A stretch of DNA of 60,754 nucleotides from Enterobacteria phage JenP1. The notes beneath the pieces were generated by a model that ran no database searches, had not been told where the DNA came from, and saw only the letters and a program-made list of their open reading frames with translations. Shown in pieces: positions 10,471-19,840 of the stretch. The position numbers and the translations under genes are program-made. Position 1 is the first letter of the stretch. Every line of letters starts with the position of its first letter. Location of the stretch: the sequence record NC_029028.1, one strand, 5' to 3'.

Positions 10471-10899
10471 ATGTCTTCAGAAAACAAACAAGTATCTACT
10501 GAAGTTGCAAAGAAAGCTGTTGGTGCATCTTTCCGTGACTTTAACTTGAAAAAGAAATTAGAAAACGCTCCGCTGCTGCATTACCCGCTTGTTTTTCCAG
10601 GACAGGGCGATACAGGTCACTGGTTGAAAATTCGCAACCGCCATAGCGAAGAATTCCGTCAAGCAGATCTAAAAGCACAACGTCAGATTAGTGCGCTTGT
10701 CGTTGCTAACGGATCTTTTGAAAAGATTGATAAAGACATGCTCGATGATATCAATATGCGGGCGTTCTGTAAACTGGTTGCTTCGTGGAGCTTCGAAGAA
10801 GAATGCAACGAAGACAATCTTATTGAATTCTTTAATAATAACCCATTTGCATATGACGACATTAATCGTCTGGCAGCGCAAGATTCCCTTTTTTTCTAA
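10471..10899 (+). CDS. tail assembly chaperone (gpG-like)
   Basis: 142 aa acidic ORF directly upstream of tape measure gene; ends with slippery heptamer. Confidence 0.6.
   Translation: MSSENKQVSTEVAKKAVGASFRDFNLKKKLENAPLLHYPLVFPGQGDTGHWLKIRNRHSEEFRQADLKAQRQISALVVANGSFEKIDKDMLDDINMRAFCKLVASWSFEEECNEDNLIEFFNNNPFAYDDINRLAAQDSLFF
10890..10896 (+). promoter_or_regulatory. -1 programmed ribosomal frameshift slippery site T_TTT_TTC
   Basis: canonical X_XXY_YYZ heptamer at the last codons of the chaperone ORF; -1 frame is open from here to 11282. Confidence 0.55.
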
Positions 10900-11282
10900 G
10901 ATCCCGCGAAAAGTTAATTGATCACTTACTGCTCGAATGGCAATTGCACAGTTGTCCAGCGGGCAGTAAGACTCCAACAATTAAGCATCTCCAGCACGTT
11001 AAAAAAGTCACTGGTAAGACTCCCTCCTTACTAGCAAAGTACGAATCCAGCTCCGTACCGCACGAACTCAGATACATTTACAAGCTATTTCTTGACTTTT
11101 ATAATGGTGATAAATTCAGTTACAGCGAATTTAACGCCTGGCAAGATTATATAGGTGTAGAACTTGATTTTAGAGAGCGTGAACTAATTCGACAGATTTG
11201 TCTTGAACGACAAGCGTTTGATATTAGGCGTCAACAAGAACTTATAGAACACGCTCAATCAAATAATAAAGGAGGTAAATAA
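10896..11282 (+). CDS. tail assembly chaperone frameshift extension (gpT-like segment of G-T fusion)
   Basis: -1 frame open reading frame with no stop from slippery site to 11282, ending at tape measure start; ORF track begins it at a TTG at 10944. Confidence 0.5.
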   Translation, partial: LRSREKLIDHLLLEWQLHSCPAGSKTPTIKHLQHVKKVTGKTPSLLAKYESSSVPHELRYIYKLFLDFYNGDKFSYSEFNAWQDYIGVELDFRERELIRQICLERQAFDIRRQQELIEHAQSNNKGGK

Positions 11283-14200
11283 TGGCTGATGCAGCTGACA
11301 TCGTCATTAGAGTCCGTGCTGAAGGTATCCAGAATGCTGAAACAGCACTGCGACGCTTGCAAGCGGCAGGTGTAAGAGTTGAGACTGTCAGCTCGCGTAT
11401 GGAGAATGGTTTTCAACGTGCGGCTACAAGTGCTGAAGCATTCCATCATGCCATTAGTGCAATCTATACGGTAATGACTGTGACCACACTGACAACCTAC
11501 GTCGGTGGGCTTGCTAAGTTATCGGATGCGTGGCTTGACGTTACAAACAAACTGGCTAACGCCAACTCTGCAAACGAGCAGATGGTTGATATTCAAGAGC
11601 GCGTATTTGGTATCGCTCAGAGAACTCGTACGAGCTTAGAAGCTACGTCAACTCTTTATGCTCGTATGGAACGTTCACTGAACCAGTACGGTGTGACTGG
11701 TAAACAGGTCGCTCAGATCACTGAAACAATTAACAAGGCAATGATTGTTTCTGGTGCAACCACTGCGGAATCCACTGCCGCTATTATCCAGTTCTCGCAG
11801 GGTCTACAATCTGGTGTGTTACGTGGGGACGAATTCCGTTCTGTAATGGAACAGGCTCCGCGTCTCGGTAAGATGATCGCAGATGGTCTTGGTGTTGGTA
11901 CTGCTGGTCTTCGCCAGATGGCTAATACTGGACAGTTGACCGCTGACGTAGTCATTAACTCCATTTCTAAAGCTGCATCCACCATTGACGATGAGTTTGG
12001 TCGTACGATACCAACGTTCTCGCAGCGTATGGAGATCGCGAACAACAACTTAATTAAATTCGCGGGAACGTCAACCTCAGTACAAACTGTGGTCAATTCT
12101 ATGGGTGCTGTGATCGAAACTGCTACAGAGCACCTTACCTTGTTGTCAAATACGGCAATCGGTGTTGCTGCTATTGTCGGCGGTCGAATGATCACTGCTT
12201 TAGGTGCGCAGATTGCAGCATTCATAAAGCTCAATGCAATACAAGCAAGTAGCTCAGCTATAAACATTAAGACTATTGATGGTATCACACGATCCGCAGT
12301 AGCTCGTTATAACGAAGCACAAGCAACGTTAGCACAAGTTGCAGCCGAGCGCACCAAAATTCAGGCGGCATTGCAAGCCAACCAAACGTATTATAAAGGT
12401 ATAGCGACACTCAACGCATACATGCAGAATACGCGGCAGGTACGCGAAGCTACGGAAGCGGTTGCTATTGCCCAGACTACCATGCAGGCGCGTATGGCTG
12501 CCGCGACTGTAGCGTCCCGTGTGCTTACTGTTACCATGACTGGTCTGCGGACTGTGATGGGCTTGATGGGCGGACCTGTAGGTGTGGTCACTTTGGCTGC
12601 TGCCGCATGGTATATGTGGAGCCAGAACAGTAAACAAGCTGTTCAGGATGCACAGAACCTTGCATCCTCTCAGGATGACTTAAAGAACAAGTTAAAGGAA
12701 ACAACTCTTGAACAGCAACGAGCTCTCAGTGTTCAATTGCAGCGTGCAGCTATTACGCTGGATGAGCAGATTGCCGCTGAAAATACAGAGCTGGCTGAAT
12801 TAAAGAACCGTCTTAGCACTGTAACGCGCTATCAGGCTGAAGCAACTGAAGGTACTAGTGAGTATAACCGTCTCACTAAAGACCGTAAGGAGTTAGAAGG
12901 TGATATTGCAATCAAGATTGGTGAAATATCCGCTCTTGAGCAGAAAGCACAGCAAATTAAATCTAACTTAACGACCGTACTGAACAATTTAACTGCTGCT
13001 GTAATGGGTCATACCACGGCATTGAAGGCGGAAAATGAACAGTTAAATATTAATATCAGTTCTGCTGCTGGTCGTTCACAAGAGCTTGTGAGTGCAATAC
13101 AGGCCCAGAATAACGAGCTTGATGTTGCCCAGTTAAAAATGTCTGGTCAAGCAAGGCAGGCGAGTATCTTAAAAGACGCTCAAACTGCTCTTGGTAAGAA
13201 GTATAAAGAAAACGAAGCATTTATCAAGAACTATATTAGCGGTCATGCTGATGCAACTGCTGTATTAACCGATGAGCAGAGAGGGCTAGTCGAGTTTATC
13301 AACTTGTCTGGAAAGAACTATGACGCTCAGAAGAAGCTACATGACCAGCAAGAAAAAGAACGTCAAGGTAAACGTGACAATAAAGCTGCGGTACGTTACG
13401 CCGAGCAATGGGATAAGGCGTATGAGCGTGTCGAAGCTCGTGGTGCGACAGGACTACAACGTCTTAATTTACAGCAAGAAGCAGAAGTTCGTGCTATCCG
13501 TGATAAAGCTGAGAAAGCTAAAGCATCAGAAGAACAATTACAGAATGCGCTACTTGCTATTCAGCGCAAATATGATTTAAAACGTGCAGAACTGGCAGAG
13601 CAGTATAAACCAGGCGTTGCAATGGTGCGTTCTTATAAGGAAGCGCAGCAAGAGATAAATCAGCTACTCGAAGAAGGGTTGTTGACAGAAGAGCAAGCAT
13701 ATATTGCTAGATTAAATCTTCAGGCTGATTATTATACAAAACGTTCTCAAATGCAATCCGAGCTCAACCCTGCTGGTCGAGCGAAAGATGAAGAAGCCGC
13801 TAAACTTGCAGAACTGAAAGCTCAGTATGAAACAGCCATAGAGTTGGCTGAGGGCAACGAAGAACAGCTAACAGCAATCAAGGAGAATTATGAGCGTAAA
13901 CGTTATGAGATTCAATTAAAATATGCCGAACGGCAAATGATGGCACAGAACCAGACTGCGATGTCTTACATTGAAAGTCTAAGTTCTATAGCTGGTTCAA
14001 TGACCACAATTATGCAAGCTGCTGGAGATGAGTCTTCCACGACTTACAAGGCCATGTTTGCAATGTCTAAAGCCTTTAACATTGCACAAGCGTCTTTGAG
14101 TTTATCTAGTGCGCTTGCTCAGGTATTAGCGGATCCGACTGCTGTTACTCCAGCTCAGAAATTAGCTAACTATGCAACTATTGCAGCGGCCGGTGCAAGT

Positions 14201-14542
14201 CTGATATCCGCAATTAGTAGTGCCACTTTGACAGGTATGGCACATGATGGTATTTCCAATGTACCATCAGAGGGCACATGGTTGCTTAATAAAGGTGAAC
14301 GTGTATTAAGTCCTCAACAGAACGCGGATTTGACATCATTTATGAGACAACAATCTCAGGGCGGGACAAATTCAAGCGGCAATGTTACCATACAGCAACA
14401 TATCATAGTTCAAGGTAATGGAGACGCTGCTCTGAAACAAGCAATGCAGCAAGCGGCTCGAGATGGTGCAGAACAAGGTTATAACAAAGTTCTGCAAGAT
14501 TTCGCAAATCGTGGTTCTATTAGGAAAGTGGCTTTGGGGTAA
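11282..14542 (+). CDS. tape measure protein
   Basis: 1086 aa, Ala/Gln/Glu-rich helical, central hydrophobic segments, position after G/GT chaperone. Confidence 0.85.
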   Translation: MADAADIVIRVRAEGIQNAETALRRLQAAGVRVETVSSRMENGFQRAATSAEAFHHAISAIYTVMTVTTLTTYVGGLAKLSDAWLDVTNKLANANSANEQMVDIQERVFGIAQRTRTSLEATSTLYARMERSLNQYGVTGKQVAQITETINKAMIVSGATTAESTAAIIQFSQGLQSGVLRGDEFRSVMEQAPRLGKMIADGLGVGTAGLRQMANTGQLTADVVINSISKAASTIDDEFGRTIPTFSQRMEIANNNLIKFAGTSTSVQTVVNSMGAVIETATEHLTLLSNTAIGVAAIVGGRMITALGAQIAAFIKLNAIQASSSAINIKTIDGITRSAVARYNEAQATLAQVAAERTKIQAALQANQTYYKGIATLNAYMQNTRQVREATEAVAIAQTTMQARMAAATVASRVLTVTMTGLRTVMGLMGGPVGVVTLAAAAWYMWSQNSKQAVQDAQNLASSQDDLKNKLKETTLEQQRALSVQLQRAAITLDEQIAAENTELAELKNRLSTVTRYQAEATEGTSEYNRLTKDRKELEGDIAIKIGEISALEQKAQQIKSNLTTVLNNLTAAVMGHTTALKAENEQLNINISSAAGRSQELVSAIQAQNNELDVAQLKMSGQARQASILKDAQTALGKKYKENEAFIKNYISGHADATAVLTDEQRGLVEFINLSGKNYDAQKKLHDQQEKERQGKRDNKAAVRYAEQWDKAYERVEARGATGLQRLNLQQEAEVRAIRDKAEKAKASEEQLQNALLAIQRKYDLKRAELAEQYKPGVAMVRSYKEAQQEINQLLEEGLLTEEQAYIARLNLQADYYTKRSQMQSELNPAGRAKDEEAAKLAELKAQYETAIELAEGNEEQLTAIKENYERKRYEIQLKYAERQMMAQNQTAMSYIESLSSIAGSMTTIMQAAGDESSTTYKAMFAMSKAFNIAQASLSLSSALAQVLADPTAVTPAQKLANYATIAAAGASLISAISSATLTGMAHDGISNVPSEGTWLLNKGERVLSPQQNADLTSFMRQQSQGGTNSSGNVTIQQHIIVQGNGDAALKQAMQQAARDGAEQGYNKVLQDFANRGSIRKVALG

Positions 14543-14545
14543 TAA

Positions 14546-15136
14546 ATGGCAATATTAACGTGGCCTGAAGCATTAAGACCGTCAAATATGGAGTGGAAAT
14601 TAACTTCTAACTCCAAGGAATTTACAAGCCCCTTCACTGGGGCTTCACAAGTTGTATCCTGGCCAGGATCTAGATGGTCTATGAGCTTAAAATTTGAGAA
14701 TCTGGATGACTGGGAATCTAGGAAACTCGAAGTGCTTATTGCTAAACTAGACGGTATGGCTGGTATGATCAAAGTTGGAGACTTTGGTCGATGGGGAAGA
14801 CCTCCATTTGGAAAACCAGTTGTAAAAGGTTCAAATAATACTGGAACAGAATTACCTACTCGTGGTTGGGATGCTGGCAGACTCGTACTAAAAGAAGGTG
14901 ATTATATTACAGTTAATGATGAGCTTAAATTAGTAACGGAAGACGTATGGAGCGATGCTCAAGGTTTAGCAACAATAAAAATCTCACCGTTATTAAGAGA
15001 GATGCCGCCGGATGGTGCAACAATTGAAACTCAGAATCCATATGGTATATTCAGACTGAGTAGCAATGAAAACAGCGTAACAAGAGCTCCAGCGTTCAAC
15101 AATACAATCAACCTAGAGTTCAAGGAGACATTTTAA
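14546..15136 (+). CDS. minor tail protein (distal tail candidate)
   Basis: 196 aa ORF immediately after tape measure. Confidence 0.45.
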   Translation: MAILTWPEALRPSNMEWKLTSNSKEFTSPFTGASQVVSWPGSRWSMSLKFENLDDWESRKLEVLIAKLDGMAGMIKVGDFGRWGRPPFGKPVVKGSNNTGTELPTRGWDAGRLVLKEGDYITVNDELKLVTEDVWSDAQGLATIKISPLLREMPPDGATIETQNPYGIFRLSSNENSVTRAPAFNNTINLEFKETF

Positions 15137-15720
15137 TGATATTTAGCCCATTCAGTGAATCCGTGATGGAAGCGATGGACAAGGATGTGGTTACTATGGT
15201 GCTCGCTGTAGCAATTTATTTCGATAGTGGTACAACTAGAGTCCATTCTGGTACTGGCACTATTGTAATAGATGGTCAAACATTTCTTGGTGTCGGTACA
15301 TTGGGTCAAGTGGGTAGTGTTACAGAAGAAAATACTACCAGCTCTAGCACAATGAGCCTTACATTAAGTGGGCTTGATATGACGCTTGTTGGTCAGACAC
15401 TTAACGAAAATTGTATAGGTTCCAATGTGACAGTTTATGTTGGTGTGATGAATGAGCGAGGTCAAGTAGTAAGTGCTAACGTTCTGTTCGAAGGTTTTAT
15501 AAGTGACACCGCAATGCAAGCGGGAAACACTAATGCAATATCCTATGTCGTGTCAAACGTGTTTGAAAAATGGTCGACCGGATTACCGGATCGTTATACA
15601 GATGAAAGCCAACAACGATTACATCCAGGAGACCGCTTTTTCAGATATGTTGCACAAATGGCTGAACGTTCTATTTATTGGGGAAATAAAAAAGACGCTC
15701 CGGGGTTCCATTATGAATAA
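15136..15720 (+). CDS. minor tail protein
   Basis: 194 aa ORF in tail tip region. Confidence 0.45.
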   Translation: MIFSPFSESVMEAMDKDVVTMVLAVAIYFDSGTTRVHSGTGTIVIDGQTFLGVGTLGQVGSVTEENTTSSSTMSLTLSGLDMTLVGQTLNENCIGSNVTVYVGVMNERGQVVSANVLFEGFISDTAMQAGNTNAISYVVSNVFEKWSTGLPDRYTDESQQRLHPGDRFFRYVAQMAERSIYWGNKKDAPGFHYE

Positions 15721-16129
15721 GACACCAGGCTGGCAGACAAGATTGTTGACCACAGTTAAACAGCTTGAGACAGTCCCTTTTGAATGGGGGCAGAATGATT
15801 GTTGCATCTTTGCGGCTAAATGTATTGACGCTCAATATGGTACTGCTATTAGCCAAGATGTTGTTGGTAAGTACAATAGTGAAATTAGCTGCAAACGCTT
15901 TATGATTAGTCGAGTAAAAGACACGTCCTTACCTAAAGTGTTGGATTCCTTTTTACCAGTGCGAGTAGACCCAAGATTAGCTCAGAGGGGCGATGTTGTC
16001 ATGTTTAATACGGACAATGGATTGACAGCCGGTGTATTGTGGACAGGTTGTGTTTGGGCTATGGGCCCGAGTGGGGTCACTACATTTAAGCGTGCCGACA
16101 TAAAATTAATTGACGCATGGAGGGTTTAA
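15713..16129 (+). CDS. tail assembly protein (possible NlpC/P60-like, lambda K-like)
   Basis: ATG 15713 overlaps previous stop; Cys-containing motif GQNDCCIF; ORF track extends upstream to 15503, likely not coding. Confidence 0.35.
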   Translation: MNKTPGWQTRLLTTVKQLETVPFEWGQNDCCIFAAKCIDAQYGTAISQDVVGKYNSEISCKRFMISRVKDTSLPKVLDSFLPVRVDPRLAQRGDVVMFNTDNGLTAGVLWTGCVWAMGPSGVTTFKRADIKLIDAWRV

Positions 16130-16130
16130 T

Positions 16131-18755
16131 ATGCCACCAGCAATAATTGGAGCCGTTGTAGCTGTCGGTGCCGCTGTAGCTGGAGCCATAGGTGTTATCC
16201 CAGCTACAGTGGCACTTGTTGTGACTATTGCCGCTAGTACCGCTGGCGCATTATTGACTAAACCTAAGAGCTATGACTTTGGTTCTTATACGCCTCAGAG
16301 TGAACGTAAACAAGTTATCCGAGCTGCCGCTGCTGCAAGAACAGTTATATATGGGACTACAGTATCTAGTGGTGTTCTTGTATTTGCTGAAGAAGAACCG
16401 GGAGAACAGGACGAAGACGAAAAGTTGACTCTTGTTGTCGCGTTAGCTGGCCATGAACTGACTGAAGTAGGGCAAGTGTGGTTAGGTGACGACACAATTG
16501 AAAGCTACGCTGAAAATGCACAATACGAAGTCTTTAATAACCCGACAAAAGTAAGCCAGAAGATGCTAAAATCATGCCCTTCATGGAAAGAAGATATGAT
16601 TGGTAAAGGTATTTGCTGGTTAAGATTAAGTTTAAAATTTGATTCTGAAAAATTCCCGTCTGGTTTACCTAACGTTAAATGCCTTAAGAAAGGTCGAAAG
16701 GTATTGGATCCAAGATCTAAACAGATGGTGTTCACAGCTAATGCCGCTCTTATTATCTTAGATTACCTTCGTGTGTATTTAAAAAGAACAGACGATCAAA
16801 TTTACTGGGATCAATTCATTGAAGCTGCAAACATTTGCGACGAATATGTTGAAAACGTAGATGGATCATCCGAGCACAGATACACCATTAACGGAGAATT
16901 TGATATAGACGAAGCTCCAGCTAAAGTCTTGGAAGACATGTTGGATGCTTGTGGTGGCGAATTGACTTACATTGGCGGTAAGCACGGGATCTTAGTTGGT
17001 GCATATTATGGGCCTCCACAACACGTATTAGATGAGAGTTGTGTTGCAGGCGATATTAAAATTACACCTGAAACTTCGTTCAAGGATCGCACAAACACTA
17101 TCACTGGTAAATATGTAGATCCAAAACAGAACTATCAGGAAGCTGACTTCCCATCTGTTAGCATCAAAGAATACGTTGATGCAGATGGACAAGAAATTAC
17201 GGAAGACTACGACTATCGCTTTGTTACAAGCCCCTATCAAGCTCAACGTCTTGCAACATTGACACTACGTCGTAAGCGCATCGGTCGTTCTATGGAAATA
17301 CCATGTAACATGAAAGGTTACAAGTTCCGTCCTGGAATGTATATCTATGTGACGATTAAACAGCTTGGAATTGAAAGAGTTGAAATGCGAGTCACTCAAT
17401 GGCAGTTTGATCCACAAGGTGGCGTAACTCTGACATTGAGGCAAGACTTTGCTGAGTTGTGGGATGACGCAGTTGGTAAACCTGTAGAAAGACCAGACCT
17501 AGTTGAATTACCTACTGGTGGAGCTGTTCAACCGCAAAATCTGAAATACGAAGTTCTTGAAATTAGCGACGTAGTTCAGGGTGTTTTATCGTGGCAGAAT
17601 ATTGGCGCTGTAGCCTATAACAGTGTGGTTATTAAGAAAGGTGGTGTAACTGTATTGACAGTGCAAGTACCGGGGCAGAGCACGCGGCTTACTGGGCTTA
17701 TTCGGGGTACTTATACCGCACATGTGAAAGCCACTGCTTACACTGGTGCAACTAGCCCCGAAGGTTACTTGGAATTTAATATTCGAGCACCTTCGACCCC
17801 ATCTTCAGTAGAAGTAACTCAAGGTTATTTTTCAATAACTTTAAAACCAAAATCTGCAGATTTAGCTAACGTTAGTACACAGTATGATTTCTGGACTTCC
17901 GGTGAAACGAGACTTCCATCTGCTTCTGTAGATATTGTAGAAAAACAAGCGACTCGTGCTGGTATGGGTACAACATGGACTTCGGAAGGGTTGCTCAATG
18001 ACCACACTTATTACTGGTACGTGCGAGCAATTAATGCGTTCGGTTCATCAGCATTCATAGAAGTAGCTGCAAAATGCTTTACTGATGCTGCTGGTCTTAT
18101 CCCTCAGATTGACAAGGAATTCAAAGGTACAAACACTTATAAGGAGTTGATGTCCGAGATTGAAGGTGTCAGCGACGGGATTACATCTGTCAATGAAAGC
18201 CTTGTAGACGCAGAAAAGAGACTTAGCCAGAGTATTAACAGTGTTCAGGAGACTGTGAATGGTGTTAGTGCAACTGTGCAGCAAGTCAGTAAAGCTGTCG
18301 TAGACCTAGAAGGTAACGTTAACGCTCAATGGGGTGCTAAAGTTCAAGTTGACAACAAAGGTCAGAAATATGTTGCTGGTATTCAATTAGGTTTAGAGGG
18401 TTCCGGTGGAGCTGTTCAATCTTACTTCATGGTAAGCGCAAACAACTTCGCTGTATATAATCCCACTAACAGTACCGCTGATCTTGCATTTGCTGTCAAA
18501 AACGGTCAAGTGTATATGAAGGCAACGTTCATCGAGAACGGTTCCATAGATAACGCTAAGATCGGTAACTATATTCAATCTAATAACTTCTCTGCTGGCT
18601 ATAGCGGATGGAGATTAAGTAAAGATGGTACATTTGAAAACTACGGGACTCCTACAAGTGAAGGTGCAATGAAGTTCACTAACAGCACGATCAGTGTAAA
18701 AGATTCCAATGGTGTACTCCGTGTACAAATAGGTCGTATAACAGGATCTTGGTAA
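16131..18755 (+). CDS. tail tip host-specificity protein (lambda J-like core with gpI-like hydrophobic N-terminus)
   Basis: GGAGGG RBS before ATG 16131; Gly/Ala-rich hydrophobic N-terminus; C-terminal half matches remembered lambda J segments (HTYYWYVRAINAFGSSAFIE, KGQKYVAGIQLG). Confidence 0.6.
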   Translation: MPPAIIGAVVAVGAAVAGAIGVIPATVALVVTIAASTAGALLTKPKSYDFGSYTPQSERKQVIRAAAAARTVIYGTTVSSGVLVFAEEEPGEQDEDEKLTLVVALAGHELTEVGQVWLGDDTIESYAENAQYEVFNNPTKVSQKMLKSCPSWKEDMIGKGICWLRLSLKFDSEKFPSGLPNVKCLKKGRKVLDPRSKQMVFTANAALIILDYLRVYLKRTDDQIYWDQFIEAANICDEYVENVDGSSEHRYTINGEFDIDEAPAKVLEDMLDACGGELTYIGGKHGILVGAYYGPPQHVLDESCVAGDIKITPETSFKDRTNTITGKYVDPKQNYQEADFPSVSIKEYVDADGQEITEDYDYRFVTSPYQAQRLATLTLRRKRIGRSMEIPCNMKGYKFRPGMYIYVTIKQLGIERVEMRVTQWQFDPQGGVTLTLRQDFAELWDDAVGKPVERPDLVELPTGGAVQPQNLKYEVLEISDVVQGVLSWQNIGAVAYNSVVIKKGGVTVLTVQVPGQSTRLTGLIRGTYTAHVKATAYTGATSPEGYLEFNIRAPSTPSSVEVTQGYFSITLKPKSADLANVSTQYDFWTSGETRLPSASVDIVEKQATRAGMGTTWTSEGLLNDHTYYWYVRAINAFGSSAFIEVAAKCFTDAAGLIPQIDKEFKGTNTYKELMSEIEGVSDGITSVNESLVDAEKRLSQSINSVQETVNGVSATVQQVSKAVVDLEGNVNAQWGAKVQVDNKGQKYVAGIQLGLEGSGGAVQSYFMVSANNFAVYNPTNSTADLAFAVKNGQVYMKATFIENGSIDNAKIGNYIQSNNFSAGYSGWRLSKDGTFENYGTPTSEGAMKFTNSTISVKDSNGVLRVQIGRITGSW

Positions 18756-18758
18756 TTT

Positions 18759-18787
18759 AAATGTGCACACATAATGTGTGCACATTT
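18759..18787. terminator. 29-bp perfect palindrome, bidirectional terminator candidate
   Basis: AAATGTGCACACAT-a-ATGTGTGCACATTT between convergent genes, flanked by A/T runs. Confidence 0.55.
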
Positions 18788-18789
18788 AT

Positions 18790-19404
18790 CTAGTCATATT
18801 TCGATGTGTTAATAACTAGAACCGTGCGCGAATAAATCTTTTTAACATCTCGTGTAATATTTCCGGAATACCACTGGCCGTTATATATTTGGTTTCCAGT
18901 CGCACCTGTCATTGTCACATAAGTAGGCCTGTCATAGTCGGTTCGTCTGTAATTATACACTCCAACCATAGCAGGCATTATTGCACACGGATAACCCATG
19001 TTTATTGTAAATTGCGGATCGGAAATATTAACAAGTTGCGCATCCAAAGGCATCATCTCGCCATGATATACCATCTGACCAGACCTGTTATAAAAAGCAA
19101 CACCATATCCAGAATGTGGTAACACCATATCAGAAAATGCGTAAACTGTTATGACACCTGGGCTACCGTTAACTTGATGTAATCTTAATGCGTTGTAGCC
19201 GTTCCTTTGTTCGTGCATAAACATCATGTTCGCCTTTGCACCGCTTTTTATAAAGAAGAAACATGATTTGTTTGAAGGTATGGATGTTGTAAAAACAGAG
19301 TCCTTTGAAGTTCCCATCGTGCCTTTATTAATTAAGTTCTGAGGTGTGAATTCAGGGCTCAACCACACATTTCCATTCGGTTGAGCAATAGACATCCCAT
19401 ACAT
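18790..19404 (-). CDS. hypothetical protein (inverted cassette in tail module)
   Basis: 204 aa from ATG 19404 (ORF track 223 aa from 19461); GGGGG RBS; shares YG-A-YN-SG motif with upstream ORF. Confidence 0.4.
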   Translation of the reverse strand: MYGMSIAQPNGNVWLSPEFTPQNLINKGTMGTSKDSVFTTSIPSNKSCFFFIKSGAKANMMFMHEQRNGYNALRLHQVNGSPGVITVYAFSDMVLPHSGYGVAFYNRSGQMVYHGEMMPLDAQLVNISDPQFTINMGYPCAIMPAMVGVYNYRRTDYDRPTYVTMTGATGNQIYNGQWYSGNITRDVKKIYSRTVLVINTSKYD

Positions 19405-19406
19405 AA

Positions 19407-19688
19407 TTACCCCCAATAAGTATAAATATAAGATCCAAGGCCCGTATATAAGTTCGACCAACTAATTGTATTACCACTAACTACAACAGACGGAACTGGT
19501 AAGTCTATATAGTTATCGTTGTTAAAAGGAAATATAGACCAGACAGCCTTTAATGTCTTTCCAGGTGGTGGACTGTCGTATGTCTTAGAACCAGAAGATG
19601 CTGTGAATTTATCCAAAAAGAAGATTGGAGTTAAAATACCAGTGACATCTACACCTTTAGAATTGTATACAGCAAAACCGTATTTCAT
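19407..19688 (-). CDS. hypothetical protein (inverted cassette in tail module)
   Basis: 93 aa, opposite strand to flanking tail genes; motif YGFAVYNSKG similar to YGVAFYNRSG in the neighbour. Confidence 0.4.
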   Translation of the reverse strand: MKYGFAVYNSKGVDVTGILTPIFFLDKFTASSGSKTYDSPPPGKTLKAVWSIFPFNNDNYIDLPVPSVVVSGNTISWSNLYTGLGSYIYTYWG

Positions 19689-19840
19689 TTATCACTCCAA
19701 TAATCAAATGTTCAAATCTAATACTACAATAAAGCTGTTACACATTTATATTATATACCTAATGCACATCTGAATACTTGTTATTATACCTGTTTAATTT
19801 TACTATATGTATCTAGTATTCTCAATGTAAAGAGGCGAAC

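Noticed and set aside
11713-12637. Minus-strand ORFs of 191, 102 and 66 aa inside the tape measure gene
   Set aside because: Fully embedded antisense to the 1086-aa tape measure ORF; no RBS; composition is a frame artefact of Ala-rich coding sequence
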